Shown in pieces: positions 1-10,181 of a stretch of DNA of 64,000 nt. Position numbers and translations under genes: made by a program. Numbering within the stretch: the first letter of the stretch is position 1; the number at the start of each line of letters is the position of its first letter. Origin of the DNA: Candidatus Sumerlaeia bacterium (lineage in GTDB: Bacteria > Sumerlaeota > Sumerlaeia > SLMS01 > JANRJK01); contig JANRJK010000017.1 of assembly GCA_033764015.1 (NCBI GenBank), positions 75,202 through 139,201 of the forward strand, read 5' to 3'. The notes beneath the pieces are model-generated. The model searched no databases. It was not told the DNA's origin and saw nothing but the letters and a program-made list of their open reading frames with translations.

Positions 1-1220
1 TCGGCGAAGAGGGGCGCGGAGCGCAGCTTGTAACCGAGGTACGGCGCGTAGAGCGACGGTTCGAGCAGGAACGAGTCGTGCCCCTTCTCCGAATTCACGG
101 TGATGTGCTCGTGCGGCACCCCGGCGGATCGAAGCGCCGAGGCGATCTCCGCCTGCTCTTCGGGGTAGAAGCAGACGTCTGAGCTGATCGAGAACAGCAG
201 CCACGATTGGTGCGCGCACGGGGCGAAGAGCGCCGGCAGGCCGCCGCAGCCCGCCCGCGACGGCACATCCCAGGACTGCCAGGCGTCGAGGATCCGGAGG
301 TAGGTGTTCGCGTCGAAGCGAGGCGTGAACTTCTTTCCCTGGTGCAGCAGGTACGACTCGATCGGGTGGCGCAGCCGGTAGCGCGCCAGCCGGTCGCCGG
401 CTTCCACGATTTCGCCGCGGGCGCGGCGCTCCATGAGCGAAAGCGAAACGAACGTCTTGTGGCTGATCATGCGGGCGAGGGCGAGCCCGCGCTCGGGGCC
501 GGGTCCGCCGTAGTAGTCGCCGCCGCGGAACTCCGGGTCCGACTCGATGGCGAGGATCTGTTCGAGGTTGTGCGCCTTGGCCAGCGAGGTGGCCCGCAGC
601 CCCGTGGCGATCGGCACCACCAGCTGCGCCCGCCGCGAGTGCCGCAGCGCGAAGTCGACCGCGCAGCAGCCCCCGAGCGAAGCCCCCACCACGGCGTGTA
701 GCGCGTCGATGCCCAGCTCGTCCAGCAGCCGGGCGTTCGCGTCCACGATGTCTTCGACGGCGAGCGCCGGGAAGCGGCTGCCGTAGGGCTCGCCGCTTTC
801 CGGGTCGATGCTCGAAGGCCCTGTGCTGCCGTAGCAGCCGCCCGGGTAGTTCGCGCAGATGACGAAGTACCGCGACGTGTCGAGCGCCCTGCCGGGCCCG
901 ATGAAGTCGTCCCACCAGCCCTCGTGGCATTCCGCCGTCCAGAACCGGTTCGCGGGGCCGACCGGATCGTGGCCCGCGGTGTGGTGGCTACCGCTCAGCG
1001 CGTGGAAGAGCAGGATCGCGTTGTCGCGCTGCGGCGAAAGCGTGCCGTGCGTTTCGTACGCGAGCGTGAGCGACTCGAGCGCCCCGCCGTCGCGGAACCG
1101 GAAGGGGCGCGACGGCGCGGCGATGTCGAGGAACCGGGTGCGCGAGAGCGGCGCCGGCTCCGCGGCGGCTCGCGGCGCCCCGGTCCGGAGCGCGGGCTTC
1201 GATTGCGAGAGGGTGGGCAT
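1..1220 (-). CDS. metX: Homoserine O-acyltransferase (alpha/beta hydrolase), truncated by window edge
   Basis: Translated by hand from ATG at 1220: LAYETHGTL..DNAILLFHALSG, GWWDDFIGPGRALDT.RYFVICAN.PGGCYGSTGPSS, VVGASLGG nucleophile elbow; directly downstream of metY. Confidence 0.9.
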   Translation of the reverse strand, partial: MPTLSQSKPALRTGAPRAAAEPAPLSRTRFLDIAAPSRPFRFRDGGALESLTLAYETHGTLSPQRDNAILLFHALSGSHHTAGHDPVGPANRFWTAECHEGWWDDFIGPGRALDTSRYFVICANYPGGCYGSTGPSSIDPESGEPYGSRFPALAVEDIVDANARLLDELGIDALHAVVGASLGGCCAVDFALRHSRRAQLVVPIATGLRATSLAKAHNLEQILAIESDPEFRGGDYYGGPGPERGLALARMISHKTFVSLSLMERRARGEIVEAGDRLARYRLRHPIESYLLHQGKKFTPRFDANTYLRILDAWQSWDVPSRAGCGGLPALFAPCAHQSWLLFSISSDVCFYPEEQAEIASALRSAGVPHEHITVNSEKGHDSFLLEPSLYAPYLGYKLRSAPLFA

Positions 1221-1221
1221 C

Positions 1222-2538
1222 TCAGCCCACCGCCACGCCGGGTGCGCCGACCGCCGCGTGGAGCGCCCGGTCGAGATCGTCGATGATGTCGTCGACGTGC
1301 TCGATGCCGATGGAGAGGCGGATCAGCTCCGGCGCGATGCCGCCGGCGCGCTGCTGCTCCTCCGTGAGCTGGCTGTGCGTCGTCGTCGCCGGGTGGATCG
1401 CGAGGCTCTTCGCGTCGCCCACGTTTGCGAGGTGGCTGAAGAGGCGCAGTGCCTCGATGAAGCGGCGCCCCGCGGCGGCGCCGCCGCGGATGCCGAACAC
1501 CACCATGCCGCCGAAGCCGTGGCGGAGGTACTTCCGCGCGGTCGGGTACGTCGGGTCGTCCTCGAGTCCAGGATATCGAACCCACTGGACGGCGTCGTGC
1601 GCGGCGAGGAAGCGCGCCGCGGCCAGCGCGTTCGAGCTGTGGCGCTCCATGCGCAGCGGAAGCGTTTCGATCCCCTGCAGGAAGGCCCAGGCGTTGTCCG
1701 GCGAGATGCACGCCCCGAGGTTGCGCAGCGGAACGATGCGGGCGCGGACCGCGTAGGCGACGGCGTTGAGGTCGCCGAGGTCGTGGGCGAAACGCAGGCC
1801 GTGGTAGCTGGGGTCGGGCTCGTTGAAGAGCGCGAACTTGGGGTCGGTCCAATCGAATCGGCCGCTGTCCACCAGCACGCCGCCGATGCCGGTGCCGTGG
1901 CCGCCGAGCCACTTGGTGAGCGAGTTGGCGACGATCGTGGCGCCGTGCTCGATCGGACGCAGCAGGTAGGGGGTCGCGAAGGTGTTGTCGACGACGAGGG
2001 GCAGGTTGTGCGCCTGCGCGATATCGGCGATGGCGTCGAAGTCCGGGACGTTCAGCGCGGGATTGCCGCAGGACTCCACGAACAGTGCGCGGGTCCGCGG
2101 CGTGATGGCGCGGGCGAAGTTCTCCGGGTCGCGGGGATCGACGAAGCGCGTCGCGATGCCGAACTGCGGATGGATCGCGTCGAACATCGTGTAGCTGCCG
2201 CCGTAGAGGTCGTTGGCGGAGACGATCTCGTCGCCGGCGCGCGCGAGGTTGATGATGGCGTAGTGGATGGCGCTGGTGCCGGAGGCGAGCGCGACCGCGG
2301 CGGCGCCGCCCTCAAGCGCCGCGACGCGCTCCTCGAGGACCGCGTTCGTCGGGTTCGTGAGGCGCGAGTAGATGTTGCCGAGCTCCTTGAGCGCGAACAG
2401 GTTCGCGGCGTGCTCGGTGTCGCGGAACGTGTAGCTGGAGGTGCGGTAGACGGGCACCGCGCGCGAGTGCGTCGCGCTGTCCGGGGAGTAGCCCGCGTGG
2501 ATGCACTGCGTCTCGAAGCGGAAGGCGTCCTGGCCCAT
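1222..2538 (-). CDS. metY: O-acetylhomoserine aminocarboxypropyltransferase / sulfhydrylase
   Basis: GNIYSRLTNPT, DNTFATPYL, SLTKWLGGHG (PLP Lys), HLANVGDAKSLAIHPATTTHSQL. Confidence 0.93.
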   Translation of the reverse strand: MGQDAFRFETQCIHAGYSPDSATHSRAVPVYRTSSYTFRDTEHAANLFALKELGNIYSRLTNPTNAVLEERVAALEGGAAAVALASGTSAIHYAIINLARAGDEIVSANDLYGGSYTMFDAIHPQFGIATRFVDPRDPENFARAITPRTRALFVESCGNPALNVPDFDAIADIAQAHNLPLVVDNTFATPYLLRPIEHGATIVANSLTKWLGGHGTGIGGVLVDSGRFDWTDPKFALFNEPDPSYHGLRFAHDLGDLNAVAYAVRARIVPLRNLGACISPDNAWAFLQGIETLPLRMERHSSNALAAARFLAAHDAVQWVRYPGLEDDPTYPTARKYLRHGFGGMVVFGIRGGAAAGRRFIEALRLFSHLANVGDAKSLAIHPATTTHSQLTEEQQRAGGIAPELIRLSIGIEHVDDIIDDLDRALHAAVGAPGVAVG

Positions 2539-2561
2539 TGCGCGTCCCTTTCCGGGTGAAA

Positions 2562-2599
2562 GTGTTTAGGATATTAAACACACTGGACGCTCCCCGCAA
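2562..2599 (-). promoter_or_regulatory. Putative sigma70 promoter of metY-metX (TTGCGG-17nt-TAATAT) overlapped by palindrome GTGTTTA-N6-TAAACAC
   Basis: Minus strand -35 at 2599-2594 and -10 at 2576-2571; perfect 7-bp inverted repeat 2562-2568/2575-2581 in an AT-rich patch. Confidence 0.55.
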
Positions 2600-2632
2600 G
2601 TAGAAGCGCCGCGCCCCGGAAGGGCGCGGCGC
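2599..2632 (-). terminator. Possible intrinsic terminator after the 2669..3130 gene
   Basis: Perfect 11-bp GC stem GCGCCGCGCCC/GGGCGCGGCGC (2606-2632) followed on minus strand by TTCTACTT. Confidence 0.4.
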
Positions 2633-2668
2633 GATAAAGCGTTCCATCGGGGCGGCCCTCCCGGGCGC

Positions 2669-3130
2669 CTACTCCCGGTCCCGCCGGCCCGCGTGCCGCG
2701 TGTGGTAGTGCCAGTTGGTCGAGGCGAGGAAGTACACGAACGCCAGCGGGCTCGCGGCGGTCGCGAGGCCGGTGCCGAAGCGCGCCCACCAGCCCGGCGC
2801 CTGCTCCTGGTGCACGTAGCCGACCACCGCCGCCGCCGCCGCGCCGAGCGCCAGAAGCCACAGCCCGACGCTCCGCGCCAGCGCGGCGTCCGCAAGGCGC
2901 TCCGACGGCGACACTCCGCGCCACGGATGGAAGAAGCCGGCGACCGCCGCCCCCGCCGCCGCCGCCAGCGCGCCCTCGAAGAAGCTCTGCTCGAGGAACG
3001 GACGCGCCTCCGCCCGGTTCAGCACCACGCTCGACGCCCACGCCAGCGCGAACACAACTCCACCCGCGAGGAACGTCTGTCCCCATCGCTGGTGGAATTC
3101 GTCGCGGGCGGTGTCGAAAGATTCGTCCAT
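2669..3130 (-). CDS. Hypothetical integral membrane protein (about 4 TM)
   Basis: Four hydrophobic segments; start re-chosen at MDESFD. Confidence 0.55.
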   Translation of the reverse strand: MDESFDTARDEFHQRWGQTFLAGGVVFALAWASSVVLNRAEARPFLEQSFFEGALAAAAGAAVAGFFHPWRGVSPSERLADAALARSVGLWLLALGAAAAAVVGYVHQEQAPGWWARFGTGLATAASPLAFVYFLASTNWHYHTRHAGRRDRE

Positions 3131-3226
3131 GATTCGTCCAAGCCTGCCGTCCGCCGTTGCCACCGTCAACCTCATATCCGATGCTGGCTGTATGCCTTGC
3201 CCGCCACCCTCGAACGGGACCGATCC

Positions 3227-4594
3227 ATGAGCCGCCTCCGCTCGCTTTCCACGGCACTCTCAATGCTCGCCGCCCTCGCCGCCGCCCCCGCGCAGGACGC
3301 GGCGCCGGCGCCCGAAACCGCCGCCGACCTCCCCGCGGTCTCGCAGGCGCTCGTCTCCGGCCTGTTCAACGGCGGAGCCGTCGAGCTGCACGGGCGCTTC
3401 GACGACACGATGAAGGCCGCGCTCCCGCCGCAACGCCTCGGCTCCATGGTGCCCGAGCTGGTGCGCGCCTACGGAGCTTTCCAGCGGGCGGACACCGCGA
3501 CGGCCGCCCCGCTCGAACAGGGCGGCGTCCAGTACACACTCGTCCGCTTTCCGCTCGTTTTCGAGAAGGGCGAGCTCGAAGCGCGCGTGTCCTGGGCCGG
3601 CTCGGAGGGCGCCTTCCTGATCTCGGGCCTCTTCTTCGCCCCGCCGGCGGCGCGCGCGGACAGCCCGGACTCGCTCCCGCCCTACGCCGTGCCCGCAAAC
3701 CTCGTCGAGCACGCGGTCGAGGTGAACGGCCTCACCGGGCGCTTGACGTTGCCCAAGACCGCCACCGCGGAGTCGCCGGTGCCCGCTGTGGTGCTGATCC
3801 ACGGCAGCGGCCCGAACGACATGGACGGCAAGATCGGGCCGAACAGGCCGCTGCGCGACCTCGCGCTCGGGCTCGGCACTTACGGGGTGGCGGTGCTGCG
3901 ATACCACAAGCGCACCTACGAGGCCCCCGGAACGCTTTCACAGGTCGAGCGCCTCACGCTCCGCGACGAGGTCGAGGCGGACGCGCTCGCCGCGCTCGAA
4001 CTGCTGCGCGCGCGCCCCGAGGTGGACGCCGCGCGCGTGTTCATCCTGGGCCACAGCCTCGGCGGCGCGTTGGCGCCCAAGATCGCGGCGGAGGACGGGC
4101 GCACCGCGGGCGTCATCGTCCTCGCCGGAACGGCGCGGATGAGTTATCAGATCGTGCTGGACCAGATCGACGTGGTCGAGGCGTCGCGCGGCCCGGAGAT
4201 CGATCCCTCGGAACGCGCCCAGTTCGAACGCCTCCGCGGGCAGCTCCGCGGCCTTGCGGACGGCACCGCCGAAGATCCCGCGGAAGCGGTCATGGGGGCG
4301 CCGGGCTACTACTGGGACGAGATCATGGCAATCGACACCGCCGGGATCGCGAAGGCGCTGCCGGTGCCCGTCGCGGTCCTTTACGCCGGCAGCGACTACC
4401 AAGTGCCGCCCACGCAGGCGGAGCTGTGGGGACCCGACTTCCCGCGCAGCGACCGCGACGTGCTGCGCGTGTTCCCCGGCCTGTCGCACTTGATGATGGC
4501 GGGCGCGGAAGGCTCGCCGAAGGACTACGACCTGCGCGGCCACGTCGACAGCCAAGTCGTCGAGGCCATCGCCCTCTTCATCCTCGCCCGCTAG
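3227..4594 (+). CDS. Secreted alpha/beta hydrolase with DUF3887-like N-terminal domain
   Basis: Signal-peptide-like MSRLRSL..AAAPA; PAVVLIHGSGPNDMD, GHSLGG, D-YQV, GLSHLM. Confidence 0.8.
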   Translation: MSRLRSLSTALSMLAALAAAPAQDAAPAPETAADLPAVSQALVSGLFNGGAVELHGRFDDTMKAALPPQRLGSMVPELVRAYGAFQRADTATAAPLEQGGVQYTLVRFPLVFEKGELEARVSWAGSEGAFLISGLFFAPPAARADSPDSLPPYAVPANLVEHAVEVNGLTGRLTLPKTATAESPVPAVVLIHGSGPNDMDGKIGPNRPLRDLALGLGTYGVAVLRYHKRTYEAPGTLSQVERLTLRDEVEADALAALELLRARPEVDAARVFILGHSLGGALAPKIAAEDGRTAGVIVLAGTARMSYQIVLDQIDVVEASRGPEIDPSERAQFERLRGQLRGLADGTAEDPAEAVMGAPGYYWDEIMAIDTAGIAKALPVPVAVLYAGSDYQVPPTQAELWGPDFPRSDRDVLRVFPGLSHLMMAGAEGSPKDYDLRGHVDSQVVEAIALFILAR

Positions 4595-4760
4595 CCCGCG
4601 GGAGCGCGACCACCGGGGGCGGCCCCGCGGCAGACCACACCTAGCACAGAGTCGGCTGCGAGCACGTCCCCGTGGGGCGTCGCAAGTCGGGTGGCAGCCT
4701 CCACGTCCGCAGGCCCGGCCGTAGGTGCTCATGGCGCGGGTCCGCCGATGGGACCCTGTA

Positions 4761-4799
4761 AGACTCTATCATTGACAACATAAGTCCTCAATAGAGTCT
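4761..4799 (+). promoter_or_regulatory. Inverted repeat (AGACTCTAT-N21-ATAGAGTCT) enclosing TTGACA, upstream of cyclase-kinase gene
   Basis: Perfect 9-bp arms 4761-4769 and 4791-4799; TTGACA at 4772-4777; AT-rich. Confidence 0.45.
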
Positions 4800-4805
4800 G
4801 TCCCC

Positions 4806-7800
4806 ATGGACACTGTTGCTGTCGGGGCACCGGAGCTGAAGGCCCTGCTACTCACGGACCTCGTGGGTTCGACGCAGCTTGTCGAGTCGGTCGGGGATGC
4901 GGAGGCGGCGCGGCTTGGAGCGCTCCACGATGCGGCGGCGAGGTCGCTGTTGGCGGGTTTCACGGCCCGCGAGATCGACAAGACGGACGGCTTCCTCTTC
5001 CTGTTCGACCGCGCGGCGGACGCGTTGCGCTTCGCACTCGCGTACCACGCGGCGCTCCGCGGCCTCTCCGCGGATTCGGGGCGCCGCCTCGAGGCGCGCG
5101 TGGGGATCCATTTGGGTGAGGTGTACCTGCGGGCGAATCCCCCGGCGGACGTGGCGCGGGGCGCGAAGCCGTTCGAGGTGGAGGGTCTGGCGAAGCCGCT
5201 CGCTGCGCGGGTGATGTCGCTCGCGGAGGGCGGCCAGACGCTGTTGACGCGCGGGGCGTTCGACATGTGCCGCCGCGCGGTGGTGGGGGACGCATCATTC
5301 CCCCCGGGGCTCCAGTGGGTGGCCCATGGACCCTACCTTCTCAAGGGGGTGGAGGAGCCGGTCGACATTTTCGAGGCGGGGGAGGCCGGAGTGTCCCCGT
5401 TGCGGCCGCCCGCCGACAGCACGAAAGCGCGCCGGGCGCTACGTCCCGGCGAGGAGGAACTGCTAGGGTGGCGCCCCGCTCCCGGCGGGCAGGTGCCAGG
5501 TCGGCCGGGGTGGGCGCTGGACCGGAAACTCGGCGAGGGCGGATACGGCGAGGTCTGGCTGGCGCACTTCGCCAAGACGCGCGACCAGCGGGTCTTCAAG
5601 TTCTGCTTCGACCCGGACAGGGTCCGCGGGCTCAAGCGCGAGGTGACGCTTTTCCGCGTCCTCCGCGAGGTGCTGGGGGACCGGAAGGACATCGCCCGGA
5701 TCCTCGAGTGGAACTTCGAGCGGCCGCCTTACTTCATCGAGAGCGAGTTCACCCCCGGCGGCTGCCTGGTGGATTGGGCGGCGGGGCGCGGCGGCTTGGC
5801 GGGCATCGCGCTCGACCGGCGCATCGAGTTCGCCGCGGAGGTGGCGGAGGCGCTCGCCGCCGCGCATAGCGTCGGGGTGCTGCACAAGGACATCAAGCCG
5901 TCGAACCTGCTCGTCGCGGAGGACTCGGCCGGGGAGCCGCACGCGCGCCTGGCGGACTTCGGGATCGGGCTGGTGACGGACAGGGCGGTCCTCGCGGTTG
6001 CGGGTGTCACCGGGACGGGATTGAGCGAGGCTTCATTGACCGCGAATGATAGCAGCCGCACCGGCACGCGGCTCTACATGGCGCCGGAGCTGCTCGAGGG
6101 GCGCCCTGCAACCATCCAGTCGGACCTCTACGCGCTCGGCGTGGTCCTCTACCAATTGGCGGCGGGAAGGCTGGGGCATGCGCTGGCGGCAGGCTGGGAG
6201 GCGGACATCGGCGATGCGCTCCTGCGCGAGGACATCGCGGCATGCGTGGCGGGGGATCCGGCGCGCCGTTTGTCATCGGCGGGCGAACTGGCGGCGCGGC
6301 TCCGCGGGCGCCCCGCAAGGCGCCGCGCGCGCCTGCGCCGGAGCGCCGCCCGGGGCGTGGCAGCGGCGGCGGTGCTCCTAGCCGCAATCGCCTCGGGCGC
6401 GCTGTGGACCGCCCATGCGCAATCGCTCCGCGCCACCCGCGAGGCAGCGCTCCGCCTCGAAGCGGAACAAGCCCGCCGCGCCGCCGAGCAGCAGTCCGCC
6501 CTCGTCCTCGAACGCCTCAAGGGTACCTCCGCCTTGGTGGGCTTCACGCTGTCCGACCTGCGGGAGGTGCTCGACCTAGAGCGCGAGCATGACAAGCGGA
6601 TTGCGAAGACCGTCGCGAAGGGAGTCGGCGACTACTACCGCGGCGTCCCGGCGGACGGCCTCGACGAGCGCTCGCGCCTCGAACACGCCGCGCAGCTCGA
6701 ATCGGTCTCGCGCGCGTTCCTCGAACTCGGCGTGCTGGAGGACGCGGAGCACCTCGCTTCGGAGTCGCTGCGGCTGCGCCGCGCGTTGCTGGCGCCGGAC
6801 CATCCGGATGCGCTGCGCTCGCGCGCGGCCTTGGCCTCCGTGCTGCGCACGAGGGCCCGGCACCAGGATGCGCTGGAACTTTGCGGCGCATCGCTCGCCT
6901 TGATCGCCGCCAAGCCCGGCGGGGAGCCCTCCGCCGAGTTCGAGCTGCTCTGCGCCCAAGCATCCGTCCTCGAGGACATCCGCGAGTATGGCAAGGCCGA
7001 GGTGATCTTCGAACGCGCGGTTTCCCTGGAAGGGGGCCCGGGGCCGCTCGAGCGCGCCGATGCGCTGCAGTCCCTTGGGGTCCTCCGAATGTGGATGAAC
7101 AAGTTCGACGAAGGCGAGGCCGACCTGCTCGAGGCGCTCCGCCTCACGGAGGCGCATGCCCCGCACGACGAGTTGGCGCTCGCCGCGCGCCGCAACGCCC
7201 TTGGGCTGCTCTACTACTACATGGGCAGGCTCGACGCCGCCCGCGCGCACCTCGAAGAGGCGATCGCGGTCCGCACCCGCCGCCTCGGCGCCGAGCATGC
7301 CTCGACCCTCAGCAGCAAGAACACCCTCGGGTGCGTCCTGGGGCGCGACCCGGCGGACAAGGCGCGCTGCGAGGAAATCTACCGCGAGGTGTTGGCAGGC
7401 TTCGAAGCCGTCTACGGACGCGACCACCCGAACTACGGCCTGATGCACAACAACCTCGGGACGTTCTACGCGAAGGAGGGGCGGCTGGACGAGGCGGAGC
7501 ACCACCACCGCGAGGCGCTGGCCGCGCGCATCCGCGCCTACGGGGCGCAGCACGCCACCATCGGCGAGTCGCGATGGCACCCCTACAACATCCACCTGCG
7601 GCGCGGCGACCGCGCGGCGGTCCGCGCCCTCTTCGACGAGGCGGTCGCGACCACCGCCCGCGTGACCGGCGGGGAGAGCCTCGAAACCTGCAACGAGTTG
7701 CTCGAAAGCGCCTCGCGGTTCCTTTCCGCCGACATGTTGGACGATGCGGAACGCGTGTCCATGCGCGCCACGGAATTGGCAGTGTCCCGCTACCCCGAGG

Positions 7801-8396
7801 CGCAACCCTGGGCCTTCAGCAGCGGCTCGCATATCCAGTCCGCCCGCGGCTGCCACGAGGACGCGGAACGGTTGATCCTGGCCGCCATCGACGCACACCT
7901 CCGCCATCCGAAGGGCGGCAGCCTTCCGGACCTTTACCGTTCGCTGGCGTTGGTGAAGGAGGCGCAAGGGGACTTCGCGGCTGCCGATGCCGCCTTCGAG
8001 TTCGCGCTGGCGCACAACCAGGCGAGCCTAAACTTCGAGCCCCGGATATCCGTGCTGCACATCGAGCGCTACCTCGCGGAGTTCAAGGCTCGGCGCGGCG
8101 ACTTCGAAGCGGCCCACTGGCTGCTGGGACATGCGCTGGCGGAGTGCCGGCGCCAGATCGGCCCTTCCAACGTCACTACGCGCGAGATGATCGAGGCGCT
8201 ATTGCTTGTGGGGGAGCAGCAGGCGGCAGCCGCGTCGACTCCGGAGGCCGCCGGGGAGGCGTGGCGCGAGGTGCTCCTGACACTTGGCGAGATCGACATG
8301 TCATGGCTAACCGCCGCGGGGCGTGAGCGCTATGGGAAGGCGCAGGCGTCGACCGCGCCTCAGCCGGCCGCTGGCATCGCGGACTCCTCCGGCTGA
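4806..8396 (+). CDS. Class III nucleotidyl cyclase-like domain + Ser/Thr kinase + TM + TPR protein (paralog 1)
   Basis: LLTDLVGST, REIDKTDGF, RVGIHLGEV, GLAKPLAARV; kinase GEGGYGEV, HKDIKPSN, DFG, APE; hydrophobic helix; ~42-aa TPR repeats (HP....NNLG). Confidence 0.85.
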   Translation: MDTVAVGAPELKALLLTDLVGSTQLVESVGDAEAARLGALHDAAARSLLAGFTAREIDKTDGFLFLFDRAADALRFALAYHAALRGLSADSGRRLEARVGIHLGEVYLRANPPADVARGAKPFEVEGLAKPLAARVMSLAEGGQTLLTRGAFDMCRRAVVGDASFPPGLQWVAHGPYLLKGVEEPVDIFEAGEAGVSPLRPPADSTKARRALRPGEEELLGWRPAPGGQVPGRPGWALDRKLGEGGYGEVWLAHFAKTRDQRVFKFCFDPDRVRGLKREVTLFRVLREVLGDRKDIARILEWNFERPPYFIESEFTPGGCLVDWAAGRGGLAGIALDRRIEFAAEVAEALAAAHSVGVLHKDIKPSNLLVAEDSAGEPHARLADFGIGLVTDRAVLAVAGVTGTGLSEASLTANDSSRTGTRLYMAPELLEGRPATIQSDLYALGVVLYQLAAGRLGHALAAGWEADIGDALLREDIAACVAGDPARRLSSAGELAARLRGRPARRRARLRRSAARGVAAAAVLLAAIASGALWTAHAQSLRATREAALRLEAEQARRAAEQQSALVLERLKGTSALVGFTLSDLREVLDLEREHDKRIAKTVAKGVGDYYRGVPADGLDERSRLEHAAQLESVSRAFLELGVLEDAEHLASESLRLRRALLAPDHPDALRSRAALASVLRTRARHQDALELCGASLALIAAKPGGEPSAEFELLCAQASVLEDIREYGKAEVIFERAVSLEGGPGPLERADALQSLGVLRMWMNKFDEGEADLLEALRLTEAHAPHDELALAARRNALGLLYYYMGRLDAARAHLEEAIAVRTRRLGAEHASTLSSKNTLGCVLGRDPADKARCEEIYREVLAGFEAVYGRDHPNYGLMHNNLGTFYAKEGRLDEAEHHHREALAARIRAYGAQHATIGESRWHPYNIHLRRGDRAAVRALFDEAVATTARVTGGESLETCNELLESASRFLSADMLDDAERVSMRATELAVSRYPEAQPWAFSSGSHIQSARGCHEDAERLILAAIDAHLRHPKGGSLPDLYRSLALVKEAQGDFAAADAAFEFALAHNQASLNFEPRISVLHIERYLAEFKARRGDFEAAHWLLGHALAECRRQIGPSNVTTREMIEALLLVGEQQAAAASTPEAAGEAWREVLLTLGEIDMSWLTAAGRERYGKAQASTAPQPAAGIADSSG

Positions 8397-8443
8397 AGGG
8401 TCGCTGGAGCGCTACGCTCCGACCGGAGCATTCCGGGTGGCCG

Positions 8444-8758
8444 CTATTCGTCCAGCTTCCGCGGCTTGCGCGCGGCGATGTCGGGGCCGAGTTCGCTCTT
8501 GCGGGCCTCCCGCCAGGAACCCAGCTCCGCGACCAGTTCCTTGGCGGAGCGCACCTCGCCCCCTTCGCGGCGGTCGTGCTCCCGCTGGATCGAGCCTTTG
8601 ACGGTGCCGCCCTTGACGGTGAAGGAGGGGGAATCCGGGATGCCGCGCGCCATGGGCCCGCCGCACGCATGGCAGGCAACCGCGGGCGACTCCTTGATGG
8701 AGTGGCGCACTTCGCGCACAGCGCCGCAGGCCGGGCAGTGGTAGTCGTAAAGGATCAT
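8444..8758 (-). CDS. FmdB-family zinc-ribbon protein
   Basis: MILYDYHCPACG...CHACGGPMAR..F.VKG. Confidence 0.75.
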   Translation of the reverse strand: MILYDYHCPACGAVREVRHSIKESPAVACHACGGPMARGIPDSPSFTVKGGTVKGSIQREHDRREGGEVRSAKELVAELGSWREARKSELGPDIAARKPRKLDE

Positions 8759-8870
8759 GGTGGAGAACCGCTTGGCGAACTCGGTGCCAAGAGCGGGCCC
8801 CATCGCGGTTGACCGCTTTATCGCGTCGCAGCACCCTTCAAGCATCCCCGTCCACGCAGGCATTCCGAGC

Positions 8871-10160
8871 ATGACCCCACCGCGCCGCCCGATGCACCCC
8901 CAGACGCAGATGCTGATGGCGGGCTACGACCCGCAACTCAGCGAAGGCTCCGTGGTCCCGCCGCTCTTCCGCACCAGCACGTTCGTCTTCCGCAGCGCCG
9001 CGGACGGCAAGCGCGCGTTCCAGCTCGCCTACGGCCTGGACGAGGCGGCGCCCGGCGAGATCCCCGCGCTGATCTACACGCGCGTGAACAACCCGAACGT
9101 AAACATCGTCGAAGACCGCATCGTGGCATGGGACGGCGCGGAGGCTGCGGCCCTGTTCTCCTCCGGCATGGGCGCGATCGCGTGCGCGTGCTTCACGCAC
9201 CTCCGCCCGGGGGACTCGCTCCTGTTCGCCGATCCAGTCTACGGCGGCACCGAGTACCTGTTCCGGCACAGCCTTCCCGAGTTCGGCATCCAAGCGGTCC
9301 CGTACCCCGCCGGCTCGAAGATCGAGGTCGTGCGCGAGATGGCCGCCGGGATGAAGAACCTCAAGATGATCTACATGGAGACCTGCGCGAACCCGAGCTC
9401 GGTGCTGAACGACATCGCGGCCGCCGCGCAGCTCGCGGCGGAGCTCGACCCCCGCCCGCTCGTGGTGGTCGACAACACCTACCTCGGGCCGGTCTTCTGC
9501 CAACCGATCCGCCTCGGCGCGGACATCGTGGTGTACTCCGCGACGAAATTCATCGGCGGCCATAGCGACCTGATCGCGGGGTTCGCGCTCGGGCGGCGGA
9601 GCGTGGTGACGCCGATGCTCGGCACCCGCACGATCTTCGGCGCATGTCCCGACCCGGAGACCGCGTGGCTGATCTGCCGCTCGCTCGGGACGCTGCGCCT
9701 GCGCATGGAGAAGCAGGCGGAGTCCGCCGCGCGCGTCGCGCGCTTCCTCCAGTCGGACCCGCGCGTGAAGGACGTCTTGTTCCCCGGCCTCGACTGCATG
9801 GGCACCGACCAGGTGGAGCTTTACCAGCGCCAGTGCAGCGGCCCCGGTTCCGTCATGTCGTTCACTGTCGAAGGGGGCGAGCGCGAGGCGTTCGCGGTGC
9901 TCGACAACCTCCGCGTGTTCCACCTCGCCGTGAGCTTGGGCGGCATCGAGTCGCTCGCAGAGCACCCGTACACCATGACCCACGCGGAACTCGACGCGGA
10001 GATCAAGGAGCGCGTGGGCATTTCGCCGGCGCTGGTGCGGATCAGCGTGGGACTGGAGGACGTCGACGACCTGGTCGCGGACCTGCGGCAGGCGCTGGAC
10101 GCCATGGAGCGCATGGTCGCCCGCGACCGCTCCGAGGAGCTGGCAAGCTACAGCATCTGA
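8871..10160 (+). CDS. Cys/Met metabolism PLP enzyme (methionine gamma-lyase / cystathionine gamma-synthase family)
   Basis: IYTRVNNPN, FSSGMGAI, DNTYLGP, SATKFIGGHSD, LAVSLGGIESLAEHP. Confidence 0.88.
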   Translation: MTPPRRPMHPQTQMLMAGYDPQLSEGSVVPPLFRTSTFVFRSAADGKRAFQLAYGLDEAAPGEIPALIYTRVNNPNVNIVEDRIVAWDGAEAAALFSSGMGAIACACFTHLRPGDSLLFADPVYGGTEYLFRHSLPEFGIQAVPYPAGSKIEVVREMAAGMKNLKMIYMETCANPSSVLNDIAAAAQLAAELDPRPLVVVDNTYLGPVFCQPIRLGADIVVYSATKFIGGHSDLIAGFALGRRSVVTPMLGTRTIFGACPDPETAWLICRSLGTLRLRMEKQAESAARVARFLQSDPRVKDVLFPGLDCMGTDQVELYQRQCSGPGSVMSFTVEGGEREAFAVLDNLRVFHLAVSLGGIESLAEHPYTMTHAELDAEIKERVGISPALVRISVGLEDVDDLVADLRQALDAMERMVARDRSEELASYSI

Positions 10161-10181
10161 GCCCCCGCGCGGGGCGGGACC

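Noticed and set aside
859..2559. 566-aa plus-strand ORF
   Set aside because: Antisense shadow of metY/metX caused by high GC3; no motifs.
2539..2668. SAM riboswitch before metY
   Set aside because: No SAM-I/II/IV core elements recognised; region is explained by promoter, palindrome and hairpin.
4806..8396. RiPP cluster implied by the cyclase family
   Set aside because: No NHLP precursor or SagB-like dehydrogenase adjacent to either paralog.
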